In this document: in pieces, positions 18,927-30,180 of the stretch
How the letters are laid out: every line of letters starts with the position of its first letter
How positions within the stretch are numbered: the first letter of the stretch is position 1
Source: Candidatus Fervidifonticultor secundus
GTDB lineage: Bacteria > Sysuimicrobiota > Sysuimicrobiia > Sysuimicrobiales > Humicultoraceae
Assembly: GCA_031459385.1 (NCBI GenBank)
Contig: JAVKIP010000010.1
Span: 1 to 64,000 of the forward strand
DNA: 64,000 nt
Direction: 5' to 3'
The notes under the pieces: model-generated
Told to the model about the DNA's origin: nothing
The model's database searches: none
What the model saw: only the letters and a program-made list of their open reading frames with translations
Translations under genes and position numbers: made by a program

Positions 18927-20812
18927 CCGCGGCTTCCTCCACCGATGTAAATGTCCCGAACAACATCCGACTCCGCGACCTCCGCAGGCGAGCCGTCCAG
19001 CACGATTCTGCCCATGTGAAGCACGACCAGACGGGTACTGATGGTTCGGACAAAGTCGACATCATGCTCGATCAAGACCACACAGAGCTGATGGTCCTGT
19101 GCCAACTCGGTGAGGACCGCCCCGATGGCGGCACGCTCGTCCCCTGTCAGGCCCGCCGTTGGTTCGTCCAGCAGCAACACGTTAGGCTCCAGGGCGAGAA
19201 CCATGGCCAATTCCAGTGCCTGCTTCATCCCATGCGGCAGGTGGCCCGCAGGCCGATCGAGGACAGACAGCAGGCCTGTTGCCTCCACGACGCGCATCGC
19301 CACCGACGGGAGTTCCACCGTGGGCGACCGGCGCCAGACGGACGGGGCCACTCGGTACGACCGGGCAATCCGCAGGCAATCCAGGACGGAGAGCGCCTCG
19401 AACACGTTGGGGGTCTGAAACTTGCGGCCCAGGCCCAGCGCCACACATTCCTGCGGTGGCACGCCATCCGTGCGGTGACCGTTGATGAGGATAGTGCCGC
19501 TGGATCGTTCACGGCCGTCGCTGATGCAGCGAAGCAACGTGGTCTTGCCGGCTCCGTTCGGACCGACGATACTCACGACTTCACCCTTGCGCACCGTAAG
19601 CGTCACCCCGCGGAGGACCGGCAGACTGCCGTACCACTTCGTCACATCCCGTAACTCCAGCGCGGGCGGCCGGTCCGCGCGCAGCCCGATCCCCCCAGGG
19701 CCGGTGCCGGTCCCCACCGCCGGACCTGGCGACGCGATCGCGCGCACCACGGCCGTCTCCCCGGTACCCGGCCGCTCTGTGCGCCAGTCGGACCGGTGCC
19801 TGAACCTGCGGCCGACCATTCCCACCTTCTGCAACAGGGGCGGGACGAGCCCGTGGGGCAGGTAGACTACCACAACCACGAAGACCGTGCCGATGACGAG
19901 GAGCCAGACAAACGGCAGATTGCCGCCGAGAATAGCCGACACGTAGTTGATCCCAATGGTGCCGAGGATCGGTCCGGCCAGCGTTCCTCGTCCGCCGAGC
20001 GCGGTCCACACGACGAGTTCGGTCCCAAACAGAAAGTCACCGTACTGTGGCGCCGCCACGCTGGCGAAGAGAACATAGAATGCGCCGGCCAGCGCGGCCA
20101 GGGCACTGCATGCCGTCATGAGTCCGATTTTCCAGCGTGAAGGCCTCAGTCCCAGATACCGGCACCGCTCCTCGTTCTCCCTGATGGCCAGGAGGATCCG
20201 CCCTGCATCGCTCGTCACGAGCACGTAGGTGGCGGTGGCTACTATCAGCACGACCCCCCCAGAAAGCCAGTACCAGTGTTCAAATGAAAGGGGTGGGACC
20301 GGGATGGGCAGGCCGCTGCTAGAGCCGGTAAACGAACCGCCGCTCAGAATGATCTGGGTGAAGACTATCGGCAACGCCAGCGTGACCACGCCAGGATAGA
20401 TGGGCGATGCTCCGTCCCAAAATGCCAACCATGCGACCAGTGCTCCAATCGCGGCGGCCACAACCATGGCACCAAGCGAAGCCGCAACAATCCCGACAAG
20501 ACCACTGGCGTAGTGGGCGAGCACCAACCCCACGCCGTAGACGCCGATGCCAAAGAAGGCCGACTGACCGAAGGTGAGGACGCCGGTATAGCCCCACAGC
20601 AGGTCCACCGAGATTGCCGCTACCGCGAAGAGGAATGCCTGCGAAAGAATCCGCAGTGCGAATGTGCCCAATACAAGGGGACCCATCCCCCACGCCGCCA
20701 CCAGCGTAGCTGCCACCAGCAGTTTCTGCCACGGCGGAACGCGGGGCACCGCTACACGCCCGGGCCGACCAGTGCCACTCCCAGTTCTCCAAGTCGGCGA
20801 GTCTTCTGTCAC
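18923..20812 (-). CDS. Fused ABC permease and ATPase (LivM-LivG / UrtC-UrtD-like)
   Basis: N-terminal TM domain (LLWGYTG, AIRENE, GGRGTL) and C-terminal GPNGAGKTT, LLLDEPTAG, IEHD. Confidence 0.9.
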   Translation of the reverse strand: MTEDSPTWRTGSGTGRPGRVAVPRVPPWQKLLVAATLVAAWGMGPLVLGTFALRILSQAFLFAVAAISVDLLWGYTGVLTFGQSAFFGIGVYGVGLVLAHYASGLVGIVAASLGAMVVAAAIGALVAWLAFWDGASPIYPGVVTLALPIVFTQIILSGGSFTGSSSGLPIPVPPLSFEHWYWLSGGVVLIVATATYVLVTSDAGRILLAIRENEERCRYLGLRPSRWKIGLMTACSALAALAGAFYVLFASVAAPQYGDFLFGTELVVWTALGGRGTLAGPILGTIGINYVSAILGGNLPFVWLLVIGTVFVVVVVYLPHGLVPPLLQKVGMVGRRFRHRSDWRTERPGTGETAVVRAIASPGPAVGTGTGPGGIGLRADRPPALELRDVTKWYGSLPVLRGVTLTVRKGEVVSIVGPNGAGKTTLLRCISDGRERSSGTILINGHRTDGVPPQECVALGLGRKFQTPNVFEALSVLDCLRIARSYRVAPSVWRRSPTVELPSVAMRVVEATGLLSVLDRPAGHLPHGMKQALELAMVLALEPNVLLLDEPTAGLTGDERAAIGAVLTELAQDHQLCVVLIEHDVDFVRTISTRLVVLHMGRIVLDGSPAEVAESDVVRDIYIGGGSRG

Positions 20813-20910
20813 GTGTCAAGCCGCTGCGCTACACAATCGACCACCACGAGTCGGTTCCCGGCGCATCACCGGCCGACGAAACACCCTCCAGATCGCAGCC
20901 CCCTCCGTGA

Positions 20911-20977
20911 AGCATACGACGCCGCGCGGGAAAGCCGTCAAACGGATTCTCGTTATGACGTGATAAGGGTTTTCGAT
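20911..20977 (-). promoter_or_regulatory. Putative LysR-dependent promoter of the amide operon
   Basis: Minus strand: ATC-GAAAACCCT-TAT (T-N11-A, 20963-20977), TTGACG (20936-20941), 19-nt spacer, TATGCT (20911-20916). Confidence 0.5.
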
Positions 20978-21016
20978 ATACGGACCACAAGACCCAGACG
21001 CAGACGATCTCGTGGG

Positions 21017-22213
21017 CTACGCGCGCAGGGCAACTCCAGGTCGGACCGTCGCTGGTTCGACACCCTCGAACGACTGCACAGACTCGAACATGTCGTGTCC
21101 ACCGGTCCACCCCTCGCGAACGCGGAGCAGATGGGATGGGAGAATCGCCTGGCGATCAACGGGGCGGATGCGAATGGTACCCTGTGGAGCGCCGTCGAAG
21201 CTCAAGCCGCACAGCGCCTCCCTGACGGCACTGCTCTCGAGCGTGCCCGCGCGGGCGACGGCCCGCATGGCCATGTGCGCCGCATTGTACATCGCCACTC
21301 CCACCGTGTTCATCATCGTGTCGCGGCCAAACTTCCTCCGTAGCCGTGCGAGGAACGCGCGGTTGTTTGGATGCTCCAATGCCATGAAGTAGTCGAAGCT
21401 GGCGTAGTCACCTGCCGATGCTTCGGGACCGACCCGCGCCGTCACGATCTCTTCATCGTCGACACTCCAGAGGGCGACATTCCGCCGCATGCCCGTTGCG
21501 TGCAGTTGCCGGCGAAACTCCACGCTATCGTAAGCGGCCACGCTGCTGAAGATCACGTCAGGCCTGGCGGCGCGAATCTGCTCCAGGACGCCATCGTACC
21601 GCCGTGTCCCCAACGGTACATACAACTCGCCGACGATCTCCCCCCCCACGTCGCAGATCCGCTGCCTGACCAAACGATTCGTACCGCGAGGCCAGACGTA
21701 ATCCGACCCAATCAGAAAAAACCGTCGTCCGTGCTCACGGAGCATGTACTCCACATGAGGCCACACCTGTTGGGTGGGCTCCAGGCCAAACATGAAGATG
21801 TTCTCGTTGCACACCCCGGGGTACTCCGCAGGATCCTGGCCCTCGTAGAAAGTCGGATAGAGTAGCAGGCAGCGTGCGGCGGTCACAACGGGGCCTACGG
21901 CGTTGCGCTCGGCACTGCTGAACGTTCCGGCCAGCAGATCCACCCGCTCCTGGTGAATGAGACGGTACGCCTGCTCTGCCGCGGCTTGGGGATCCGTCCG
22001 GGAGTCGGCCACGACGATCTGCACGCGCCGCCCCAGCACCCCTCCCGCCCTGTTGATCTCGTCGACCGCGAGTTCGAAACCCGAGAAGTGGGCGCGCCCG
22101 TACGCCGTCCAGGCCCCTGTCAGGGGAGAGACGACGCCCACGCGGATCGGCGGCTCCTCACGCCGACGACTGCGCCCCCCTGCCCAAGGCTTCCGGGTTG
22201 CCCGCTGCCCCAC
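21017..22213 (-). CDS. AmiC/UrtA-like ligand-binding protein without signal peptide
   Basis: AGTFSSAER, YPTFYEG, PTQQ, IGSDYVWPR; N-terminus basic with no hydrophobic core. Confidence 0.85.
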   Translation of the reverse strand: MGQRATRKPWAGGRSRRREEPPIRVGVVSPLTGAWTAYGRAHFSGFELAVDEINRAGGVLGRRVQIVVADSRTDPQAAAEQAYRLIHQERVDLLAGTFSSAERNAVGPVVTAARCLLLYPTFYEGQDPAEYPGVCNENIFMFGLEPTQQVWPHVEYMLREHGRRFFLIGSDYVWPRGTNRLVRQRICDVGGEIVGELYVPLGTRRYDGVLEQIRAARPDVIFSSVAAYDSVEFRRQLHATGMRRNVALWSVDDEEIVTARVGPEASAGDYASFDYFMALEHPNNRAFLARLRRKFGRDTMMNTVGVAMYNAAHMAMRAVARAGTLESSAVREALCGLSFDGAPQGTIRIRPVDRQAILPSHLLRVREGWTGGHDMFESVQSFEGVEPATVRPGVALRA

Positions 22214-22396
22214 GCGTTCTGACTCCCCTCGGGCGTTGCCACAACACGCCCGCAGTTACTCTACTCCCGGACGCGCCGCGGCACCAAGAAAAATCTGTTT
22301 ATCACCTGAGAACATCTCCACAGGATTCCTCGTCCCATGACGCGAAGCGTCCCTGTCAATGCGGGTCGAGGCCGGGCGCTGAGAGGCGGGGGCGGG

Positions 22397-23383
22397 GTGG
22401 AGATCTCCCAGGTGGAGGCCTTTCTGGCGATAGCGACGTTCGGGAGCTTCCGGCGCGCAGCAGAGTCCCTGAACCTGACACAGCCTGCGGTGAGTGCCAG
22501 AATCAAAGCCCTTGAACGCTCCCTGGGGACACATCTTTTTGAACGCGACCGGCGCGAAGGGGTCACACTGTCCGATGCGGGAAGACGGTTCCGCCCCCAT
22601 GCCGAGCACCTCTTGCACACGGCGGCACTGGCCCGGCTCGCGATTCAGGCTCGCAGACCGCATGACGGCGGCGCCTCGCTCCATGTGGCTGCCGTGCTCC
22701 CAGTGTGCACCTATCTGCTGCCTCAGGCCCTCAAGCGATTCCGCAGCCAGTATCCTGATACGGTCGTGAGCATCCGTTCCGGCTCCCCCAAGAGTGTCGC
22801 AGAGGTGCTGCTGACCGGTAACGCGGAGATCGGAGTTGCTCGCTCCCTCCGTCACCCTGACCTGGAGACCATCAGCCTCGCGGATGATCCTCTCGTGCTC
22901 GTGGGTGGTCCCAGGGCACCCATCACGCCACGGCGGCCCGTGCGTTGGGCGGAGATCGCCGATCGTCCGTTCATCTTCGTCGACCGCGGATCCGACGATT
23001 GGGCCCTCACCCAAAGTCTGTTTCGACGCGCTGGCGTGGTCCCCAATATCGCCCTGGAAGTGGAGACGACGGAACTCGCGATCCGCATGACCGAATATGG
23101 GATGGGATTAGCGCTCCTGCCGTACCTTTCTGTGGCCGAGGAACTGCGACGGAGAAAGCTGGTAGCCCTGACGGTGACGGACGTCGATCTGCCCAGCGGC
23201 AGCCTCGACGTCGTTCATCGGCGCCGCCGGGCGCTGACTCCCATCACCCTGGCGTTTCTCAACATCATCCGCGAGACCTATGCAGGCATGGTCGCCCAGC
23301 GAACACGCGGGACGCGTCGTCATGCAGGACTCCTGCGGGCCTCGGCGTCACGCCCGTCGCGCATGGTGGTCACGTCTTCCTGA
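22397..23383 (+). CDS. LysR-family transcriptional regulator
   Basis: GSFRRAAESLNLTQPAVSARIKALE HTH plus substrate-binding domain. Confidence 0.95.
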   Translation: MEISQVEAFLAIATFGSFRRAAESLNLTQPAVSARIKALERSLGTHLFERDRREGVTLSDAGRRFRPHAEHLLHTAALARLAIQARRPHDGGASLHVAAVLPVCTYLLPQALKRFRSQYPDTVVSIRSGSPKSVAEVLLTGNAEIGVARSLRHPDLETISLADDPLVLVGGPRAPITPRRPVRWAEIADRPFIFVDRGSDDWALTQSLFRRAGVVPNIALEVETTELAIRMTEYGMGLALLPYLSVAEELRRRKLVALTVTDVDLPSGSLDVVHRRRRALTPITLAFLNIIRETYAGMVAQRTRGTRRHAGLLRASASRPSRMVVTSS

Positions 23384-23501
23384 ACCCGAGGGAAACCCGT
23401 TGCCCCTGTTGGGGAAGATGCGCGCAGTGTCCTGGTGGACACCACAGGCGCCACACCCGGCCATCGCAAGATCAAGGGTGCCCGGCCGATGCTGACACAG
23501 A

Positions 23502-23529
23502 CAGGACGCGGGTTCCCGCCCGCGTCCTG
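23502..23529 (-). terminator. 11-bp perfect hairpin just downstream of tmRNA
   Basis: CAGGACGCGGG-ttcccg-CCCGCGTCCTG; no strong U tract. Confidence 0.5.
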
Positions 23530-23541
23530 CAAGAACACTGA

Positions 23542-23889
23542 TGGTGGAGGCGGCGGGTATCGAACCCGCGTCCTGAGTGAATGAGGGCCAGGCGTCTACG
23601 AGCGTAGTCTGCGTTCTGGATCTCGCGGCCGCCGGCTCCCGCAGACCGGATCCGTCAGCCGCCAGCCCGTTGAATTCCCGTCACGCGCCCCGGGCCAGGA
23701 CTCGTGCCGGTAGCCGGCCGGTAGCGCCTCGCCCGGGCCGCCGGCACTCCCGGGGAGACGTCGTCGCTATTTAAGCGGCGAGAGCGTACTGGTTGTTGGC
23801 GTTTATCGCCGTGCCAGTTGATTAACGAGGACCTGGCACCTCGGCTCGCAGCCTCGCTTCTTCCCACCCAGTCGAGACCGTTCGCCCCC
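23542..23889 (-). ncRNA. ssrA: tmRNA, tag peptide (A)ANNQYALAA encoded at 23800-23771
   Basis: 5' GGGGGCGAACGGTCTCGAC, 3' GGACGCGGGTTCGATACCCGCCGCCTCCACCA, tag ORF ending YALAA-TAA; smpB 4 kb away. Confidence 0.97.
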
Positions 23890-23912
23890 GCACCGGTCAT
23901 CCGACTGATCTC

Positions 23913-23923
23913 AGTATACCACA
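23913..23923 (-). promoter_or_regulatory. Extended -10 promoter of ssrA
   Basis: TGTGGTATACT about 24 nt upstream of the mature 5' end. Confidence 0.65.
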
Positions 23924-24056
23924 CGGCGAAACACCTCTGGGGGCCCAGACGGCCAGACCTCTCTGGGGTGCGGGGCCCACACCGACGTCATGGGCGCCCC
24001 GGTCCCCCGGCCAGGCGGCGCAGGACGCGCGCCCGGGGCGCCAGAACCGCCCTGCC

Positions 24057-25265
<1,209 letters not shown>

Positions 25266-25305
25266 CCGACGCCTGCCCCGTGGTGCGCGTACCTGGCGGC
25301 GCGCG

Positions 25306-26337
25306 CTACGGCGTGCTCCCCGCGGCCCGGCGCAGGCGGTCCATCACGGCCCGCCCCAGTCCTCGTTCCTCGACCGCCTCCACGACGATGGCGTCCAACC
25401 CGGCCTCGTCGAGCTCCCGCAGCTGCGCGAAGAGCCGGGCGGCCATGGTCGCGGGATCGTCGCGCGACCCCATAATGCGCACGACAGCCCCGGCCGGCAC
25501 GGCGGCCGCGTGCTCGGCCGTGACCATCACCCCGACCCGCAACCCGCGGTCCCACAGCTCGCGCACCGCCTCCGCCAGCGCCTGTCCCGGCCGGTCGGGC
25601 GGCCCCTCGACCAGCACGACGCGCGCACGCGGCGCGTAGTGACGGTAGCGCGTGCCGGGCGCGCGCGCCAGGACCGGGGCACCGGGCGGCGGCAAGGCCA
25701 CCTGACCGATCAGCTCCCGCAGCGTCTCGACCGCCACGCCCCCCGGCCGCAGCACCGACGGCGGCGAGGTGGTGAGGTCGAGGACCGTGGACTCCACGCC
25801 CACCGGCGTCGGCCCGCCGTCGAGCACGAGGTCCACGACGTCGGCGAGGTCTGCCAGCACGTGCTGCGCCGTGGTCGGGCTGGGCCGGCCCGACCGGTTG
25901 GCGCTGGGCGCCGCCACGGGACAGCCAGCCGTGCGGATCAGGGCCAGCGCCACGGGGTGGGCGGGCATGCGAACGGCCACGGTGGCGAGCCCGCCGCGGG
26001 TCGCCAGCGGCACCTGGGGCGCGGCAGGGAGCACGAGGGTCAGCGGGCCCGGCCAGCAGCGCGCCATGAGCAGGCGGGCGACATCCGGGACCGCCACGGC
26101 CAGCCCCTCCACCTCGCCGGGGGAGGCCACGTGCACGATCAGCGGGTTGTCGGCGGGCCGGCCCTTGGCGGCAAAGATGCGCTCCACGGCCTCGGTGTTC
26201 AGCGCGTCGGCGCCCAGTCCGTACACGGTTTCCGTGGGAAACGCCACCAGCCCGCCGCCTGTGATGACCTCGGCGGCTTCGGCGATCGTGCCCGGATCGG
26301 GGTCGGCCGGATCGACCCTGAGCAGGCGCGCAGGCAT
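25306..26337 (-). CDS. sua5: L-threonylcarbamoyladenylate synthase (Sua5 type)
   Basis: FPTETVYGLG, KGRPADNPLIVH, APSANRSG, PG..YRHYAP linker, SUA5 domain. Confidence 0.95.
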   Translation of the reverse strand: MPARLLRVDPADPDPGTIAEAAEVITGGGLVAFPTETVYGLGADALNTEAVERIFAAKGRPADNPLIVHVASPGEVEGLAVAVPDVARLLMARCWPGPLTLVLPAAPQVPLATRGGLATVAVRMPAHPVALALIRTAGCPVAAPSANRSGRPSPTTAQHVLADLADVVDLVLDGGPTPVGVESTVLDLTTSPPSVLRPGGVAVETLRELIGQVALPPPGAPVLARAPGTRYRHYAPRARVVLVEGPPDRPGQALAEAVRELWDRGLRVGVMVTAEHAAAVPAGAVVRIMGSRDDPATMAARLFAQLRELDEAGLDAIVVEAVEERGLGRAVMDRLRRAAGSTP

Positions 26338-26342
26338 GCGGG

Positions 26343-27524
26343 CTACGCGGGGTCCCAGCGCAGCGCCGCCGCAGCGGCCCGCGCCCGCCGGCGGGCGTCG
26401 TCGGCCGAGGCGCCCAGGGCCGTGATGTGCCCCAGCTTGCGCCCCGGCCACGACTCGGCCTTGCCGTAGACGTGCAGGCTGACGTGAGGATCGGCCAGCG
26501 CCTCCTCGACGCCGGCCAGCCGCACGCGGCCGCGGTGCGCACCCAGCAGGTTGACCATGGCGGCCGGCCGCAGCAGCTCCGTCGCCCCCAGCGGCAGGCC
26601 GCAGACGGCCCGCACGTGCTGGGCGAACTGCGACGTCACGCACGCGTCAATGGTGTAGTGGCCGGAGTTGTGCGGTCGCGGGGCGAGCTCGTTGACCAGC
26701 AGCTCGCCGCGCTCGAGCAGGAACAGCTCGACCGCCAGCACGCCGACCAGGTCCAGTGCGTTCGCGATCGACTCGCCCAGGCTCCGCGCGCGGGCGGCCA
26801 CGGCATCGGGCAGCTCGGCCGGCACGCTGACCTCATGGAGGATGCCGTCCCGGTGCACCGTACGGGCGACGGGGTAGGTGGCCACGGATCCGTCGAGGCC
26901 ACGCGCCACAAGCGCGGCGAGCTCCGCGGCGAAGGGCACGACGCGCTCGACGACCAGCGGGCCCCGGTCGAGGCCCACCGCGGCGGCGTGGAGCTGGCCC
27001 GGGTGCTCGACGCGCACCTGACCACGACCGTCGTAGCCCGCAAACGGAGTCTTGACGACGCACGGGAGCCCCAGCGCGCCCGCCGCCTCCGCGAGCGCAG
27101 CGGGTGAGGTGGCTTCCCGCCAGGGCGCCACGGGGAACCCGTGCTGCATCAGGAATGCCTTTTCGCGGGCACGGTGCTGGCAGACGGCGAGCGCCGCGAG
27201 GCCGGGACGCACGGGGCATCGGGCCGCCGCGAGCCGGGCGGCGTCGAGTGCCACGTGCTCGACCTCGAAGGTCACGACGTCGGCCCGCGCTGCCAGCGTC
27301 ATATGCGCACCCGGGTCGTCGAAGGCCGCCGCGACGTGCTCGTCGGCCACCGCGGCCGCCGGCGCGTCCGGCGCGGGGTCGAGCACCACGACGCGGTAGC
27401 CCATGCGGCGCGCGTCCAGCGCCAGCATCCGGCCGAGCTGTCCTCCCCCGATCACGCCGATCGTGGCCCCGGGTCCGAGAACCGCCGGCCCGCGGATGGT
27501 GTCCTGCGCGGCCGCGTGGGTCAT
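26343..27524 (-). CDS. purK: N5-carboxyaminoimidazole ribonucleotide synthase
   Basis: [32 protein letters not shown]. Confidence 0.96.
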   Translation of the reverse strand: MTHAAAQDTIRGPAVLGPGATIGVIGGGQLGRMLALDARRMGYRVVVLDPAPDAPAAAVADEHVAAAFDDPGAHMTLAARADVVTFEVEHVALDAARLAAARCPVRPGLAALAVCQHRAREKAFLMQHGFPVAPWREATSPAALAEAAGALGLPCVVKTPFAGYDGRGQVRVEHPGQLHAAAVGLDRGPLVVERVVPFAAELAALVARGLDGSVATYPVARTVHRDGILHEVSVPAELPDAVAARARSLGESIANALDLVGVLAVELFLLERGELLVNELAPRPHNSGHYTIDACVTSQFAQHVRAVCGLPLGATELLRPAAMVNLLGAHRGRVRLAGVEEALADPHVSLHVYGKAESWPGRKLGHITALGASADDARRRARAAAAALRWDPA

Positions 27525-28018
27525 GTCTGGTCGGCCGCGCGGACGGCCTGCGCCTGCGCGCGGGCGTGCTCGCGCAGGCGCTCGCGCACCGCCGCGTCGC
27601 TGACCCCGAGGATCCGGGCCGCGAGCAGCGCGGCGTTGACGGCGCCGGCCCGCCCGATGGCCACCGTGGCGACAGGGACGCCGCCGGGCATCTGCACGAT
27701 GGAGAGCAGCGAGTCCAGCCCCCTGAGGTGCTCGGAGGGCACGGGCACCCCGATCACCGGCAGCACTGTCTTGGATGCGGTCATGCCGGGGAGGTGCGCC
27801 GCTCCCCCGGCGCCGGCGATGATGACCTTGAGACCGCGTGCCTCGGCCCCCTGCGCGTACTCGAACATCCAGTCCGGCGTGCGGTGCGCCGACACGATGC
27901 GCAGCTCATAGGGGATGCCCAGCGCCGCCAGCACCTCCGCCGCGGCCTCCATGACGGGCCGGTCGGAGACGCTGCCCATGATAATGCCCACCTGGGGCGG
28001 CCCCCCCGGCGCGGTCAC
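27521..28018 (-). CDS. purE: N5-CAIR mutase
   Basis: [32 protein letters not shown]. Confidence 0.97.
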   Translation of the reverse strand: MTAPGGPPQVGIIMGSVSDRPVMEAAAEVLAALGIPYELRIVSAHRTPDWMFEYAQGAEARGLKVIIAGAGGAAHLPGMTASKTVLPVIGVPVPSEHLRGLDSLLSIVQMPGGVPVATVAIGRAGAVNAALLAARILGVSDAAVRERLREHARAQAQAVRAADQT

Positions 28019-28491
28019 GGCGCGCCTCCAGCTGGGCGCCGCAGCGCGCGCTCTGCCTCGCGTCGGGCCTCGCGGCGGGCGATGGCCTCGCGCCGGTCAT
28101 GGAGCTTCTTGCCGCGGGCCACCCCCAGCTCGACCTTGGCCAGGCCACGGCGGAAGTACAGGCGCAGGGGCACCAGCGTGTAGCCCTTCTGCGCGACCCG
28201 TGCGTCCAGGCGCGCGATCTCCCGACGGTGCAGCAGCAGCTTGCGCGGCCGCCGCGGGTCGTGGTTGAAGATGTTGCCGGCCTCATAGGGCGGGATGTGC
28301 AGGTGGTGCAGCCAGACCTCGCCGCCCTGCACCCGGGCGAACGCTTCTTGCAGCGAGACCCGCCCCGCGCGGAGCGACTTCACCTCGGTCCCCGTGAGGA
28401 CCAACCCGGCCTCCAGCGTCTCCTCGATATGGTACTCGTGCCGCGCCCGCCGGTTGGTGGCGATCACCTGCTCCTGGCGCGCCTCAGGCAT
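28015..28491 (-). CDS. smpB: SsrA-binding protein
   Basis: [37 protein letters not shown]. Confidence 0.98.
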   Translation of the reverse strand: MPEARQEQVIATNRRARHEYHIEETLEAGLVLTGTEVKSLRAGRVSLQEAFARVQGGEVWLHHLHIPPYEAGNIFNHDPRRPRKLLLHRREIARLDARVAQKGYTLVPLRLYFRRGLAKVELGVARGKKLHDRREAIARREARREAERALRRPAGGAP

Positions 28492-28879
28492 CGGGAGGGA
28501 ACCTCATCAACGTCGCCTCGGCCTCGGCGACCACCGTGCCGTCTGCGGTGACCAGGACCGCGCGCCCGTGGCGCATCCCGCCCCTGCGCCCGGTCTCCTC
28601 GGCCTCGACGCGCAGCGGCTGGCCCGGCCGGGCCGGTCGGCGGTAGCGCACCTGGAGCCGCGCGGTCACGGTGGGGTCATCCTGGGTGTACCCCAGGGCG
28701 GCCATGGCATCGTCCAGCACGGCCGCCAGGATGCCTCCGTGAACCACGCCCGAGAACCCCACGTGCAGGTCACCCGGCGTGAACTCCCCCACCACGCGGG
28801 TACCGGCGCGGGCAAAGTGCACGTGCAACCCGATGGGGTTGGCGACCCCGCAGACGAAGCACCTCGACGCATCGCGCAT
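28484..28879 (-). CDS. PaaI-family thioesterase
   Basis: [23 protein letters not shown]. Confidence 0.88.
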   Translation of the reverse strand: MRDASRCFVCGVANPIGLHVHFARAGTRVVGEFTPGDLHVGFSGVVHGGILAAVLDDAMAALGYTQDDPTVTARLQVRYRRPARPGQPLRVEAEETGRRGGMRHGRAVLVTADGTVVAEAEATLMRFPPDA

Positions 28880-28930
28880 GACGTCCTCAGCATAGCAGGC
28901 CGTCGCCGCCGGCTGCCACCGCGCCCGCGC

Positions 28931-29803
28931 CTACAGCGGCCGCTCGAGGTAGAGGAACGCGCGCTCCACGCCGAAGCCGAGCCGCCGGAGGAACGCCCCG
29001 GGCACGGGATCGAGGGCCCATGCCGTGGCGCAGGGAATCGGGCTGCGGCCGGCGAGCGCGCCGAACACGCTGGCCGCCAGCGCCCGCCCGACGCCCCGGC
29101 GCCGATGCGTCTCGCTGACGCCGACGACCCAGGCTGCACGGCCGGGCCGCACCTCCACGACGGCGACGCCCACCGGCAGCCCATCCCGCTCGGCCACGAA
29201 CGCCCGGCCGTCCCGCGCGGTGAGCACACGCTCGACGGTGGATGCCTGCGCGCGGTCCTGGAGGACCTCCGCGGCGAGCCGTAGCAGACGCCGGCGGTCG
29301 TCTGGCGCGGCCTTCCGAATCTGGTAGCCCTCTGGCGGGGCGACCGCCGGCCGCCGGGGGCCACGGTAGCGGTACACCAGCAGGGCGTTGGCGAACACCG
29401 CCTGCAGCGCGTGGGCCACCCCGAGCCCGCAGGCGTTGTCCTCGGCCGCCCGCAGCAGCACCGCGTCCTGGCGCCCGCCCTGGAACTGCGTCACCAGCAG
29501 CGCGGCCAGCCGGTCGACGAGGCGCTCGCGCCGGGCCGACGGCACCTCGGCGAAGCCAGGCACGAGCAACTCCTCGACGAGCCACTGTCCGTGGCCGCGA
29601 CCAATGATCACCAGACCCGCGGGCCGCCGGTCGACCTCGACGACGCTGACCTCCTTCTCCGCGTGGACGAACCAGACATCCTGCGGCGACGCCGGCCCGT
29701 CGCGGTCGAACGTCGGCAGGTAGCCCCCCGCGTACGCTGCGTCGAGGAACGCGGCCAGCACGGTCCCGTCGGCGGCAGTGGCGCGGCGCAGCGCAACCAG
29801 CAC
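28931..29803 (-). CDS. Tandem GNAT-fold acetyltransferase
   Basis: C-terminal HRRRGVGRAL acetyl-CoA motif and FLRRLGF; N-terminal degenerate GNAT domain. Confidence 0.7.
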   Translation of the reverse strand: MLVALRRATAADGTVLAAFLDAAYAGGYLPTFDRDGPASPQDVWFVHAEKEVSVVEVDRRPAGLVIIGRGHGQWLVEELLVPGFAEVPSARRERLVDRLAALLVTQFQGGRQDAVLLRAAEDNACGLGVAHALQAVFANALLVYRYRGPRRPAVAPPEGYQIRKAAPDDRRRLLRLAAEVLQDRAQASTVERVLTARDGRAFVAERDGLPVGVAVVEVRPGRAAWVVGVSETHRRRGVGRALAASVFGALAGRSPIPCATAWALDPVPGAFLRRLGFGVERAFLYLERPL

Positions 29804-29808
29804 GGCCG

Positions 29809-30180
29809 CTACTCCCGCCAGGGCACCTCGGGCGCGTCTCCCCAGAGGCGCTCCAGCCGGTAGAAGGCGCGGGTCTCGGGGCCAAAGACGTGCACGACCA
29901 CATCCCCGTAGTCCAGCAGCACCCACTGCGAGGCCTCGTCGCCCTCCTGTAGCGGCAGGCCCGGGGCGGCCAGCGCCTCGGTGATCGCCTCCACGATGGC
30001 GCGCAGCTGCACGCGGCTGGTGCCCGTACAGATCACGAAGTAGTCGGTGACCAGCGTCTGCCCGCGCAGGTCGAGGACGACAACGTCCTCGGCGCGCTTG
30101 GCGTCTGCCGCTGCGGCCGCGCGTCTGGCCCGGATGAGCGCCTCGTCCCCCCCGGGCGCACGGGGCGTGCGTCTAGGCAC
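29809..30180 (-). CDS. rsfS: Ribosome silencing factor
   Basis: DAKRAEDV, DYFVICTG, WVLLDYGDVVVHVF, FYRLERLW. Confidence 0.96.
   Translation of the reverse strand: MPRRTPRAPGGDEALIRARRAAAAADAKRAEDVVVLDLRGQTLVTDYFVICTGTSRVQLRAIVEAITEALAAPGLPLQEGDEASQWVLLDYGDVVVHVFGPETRAFYRLERLWGDAPEVPWRE

Noticed and set aside
23542..23575. tRNA-like 3' end
   Set aside because: It is the tRNA-like domain of tmRNA, not a separate tRNA.
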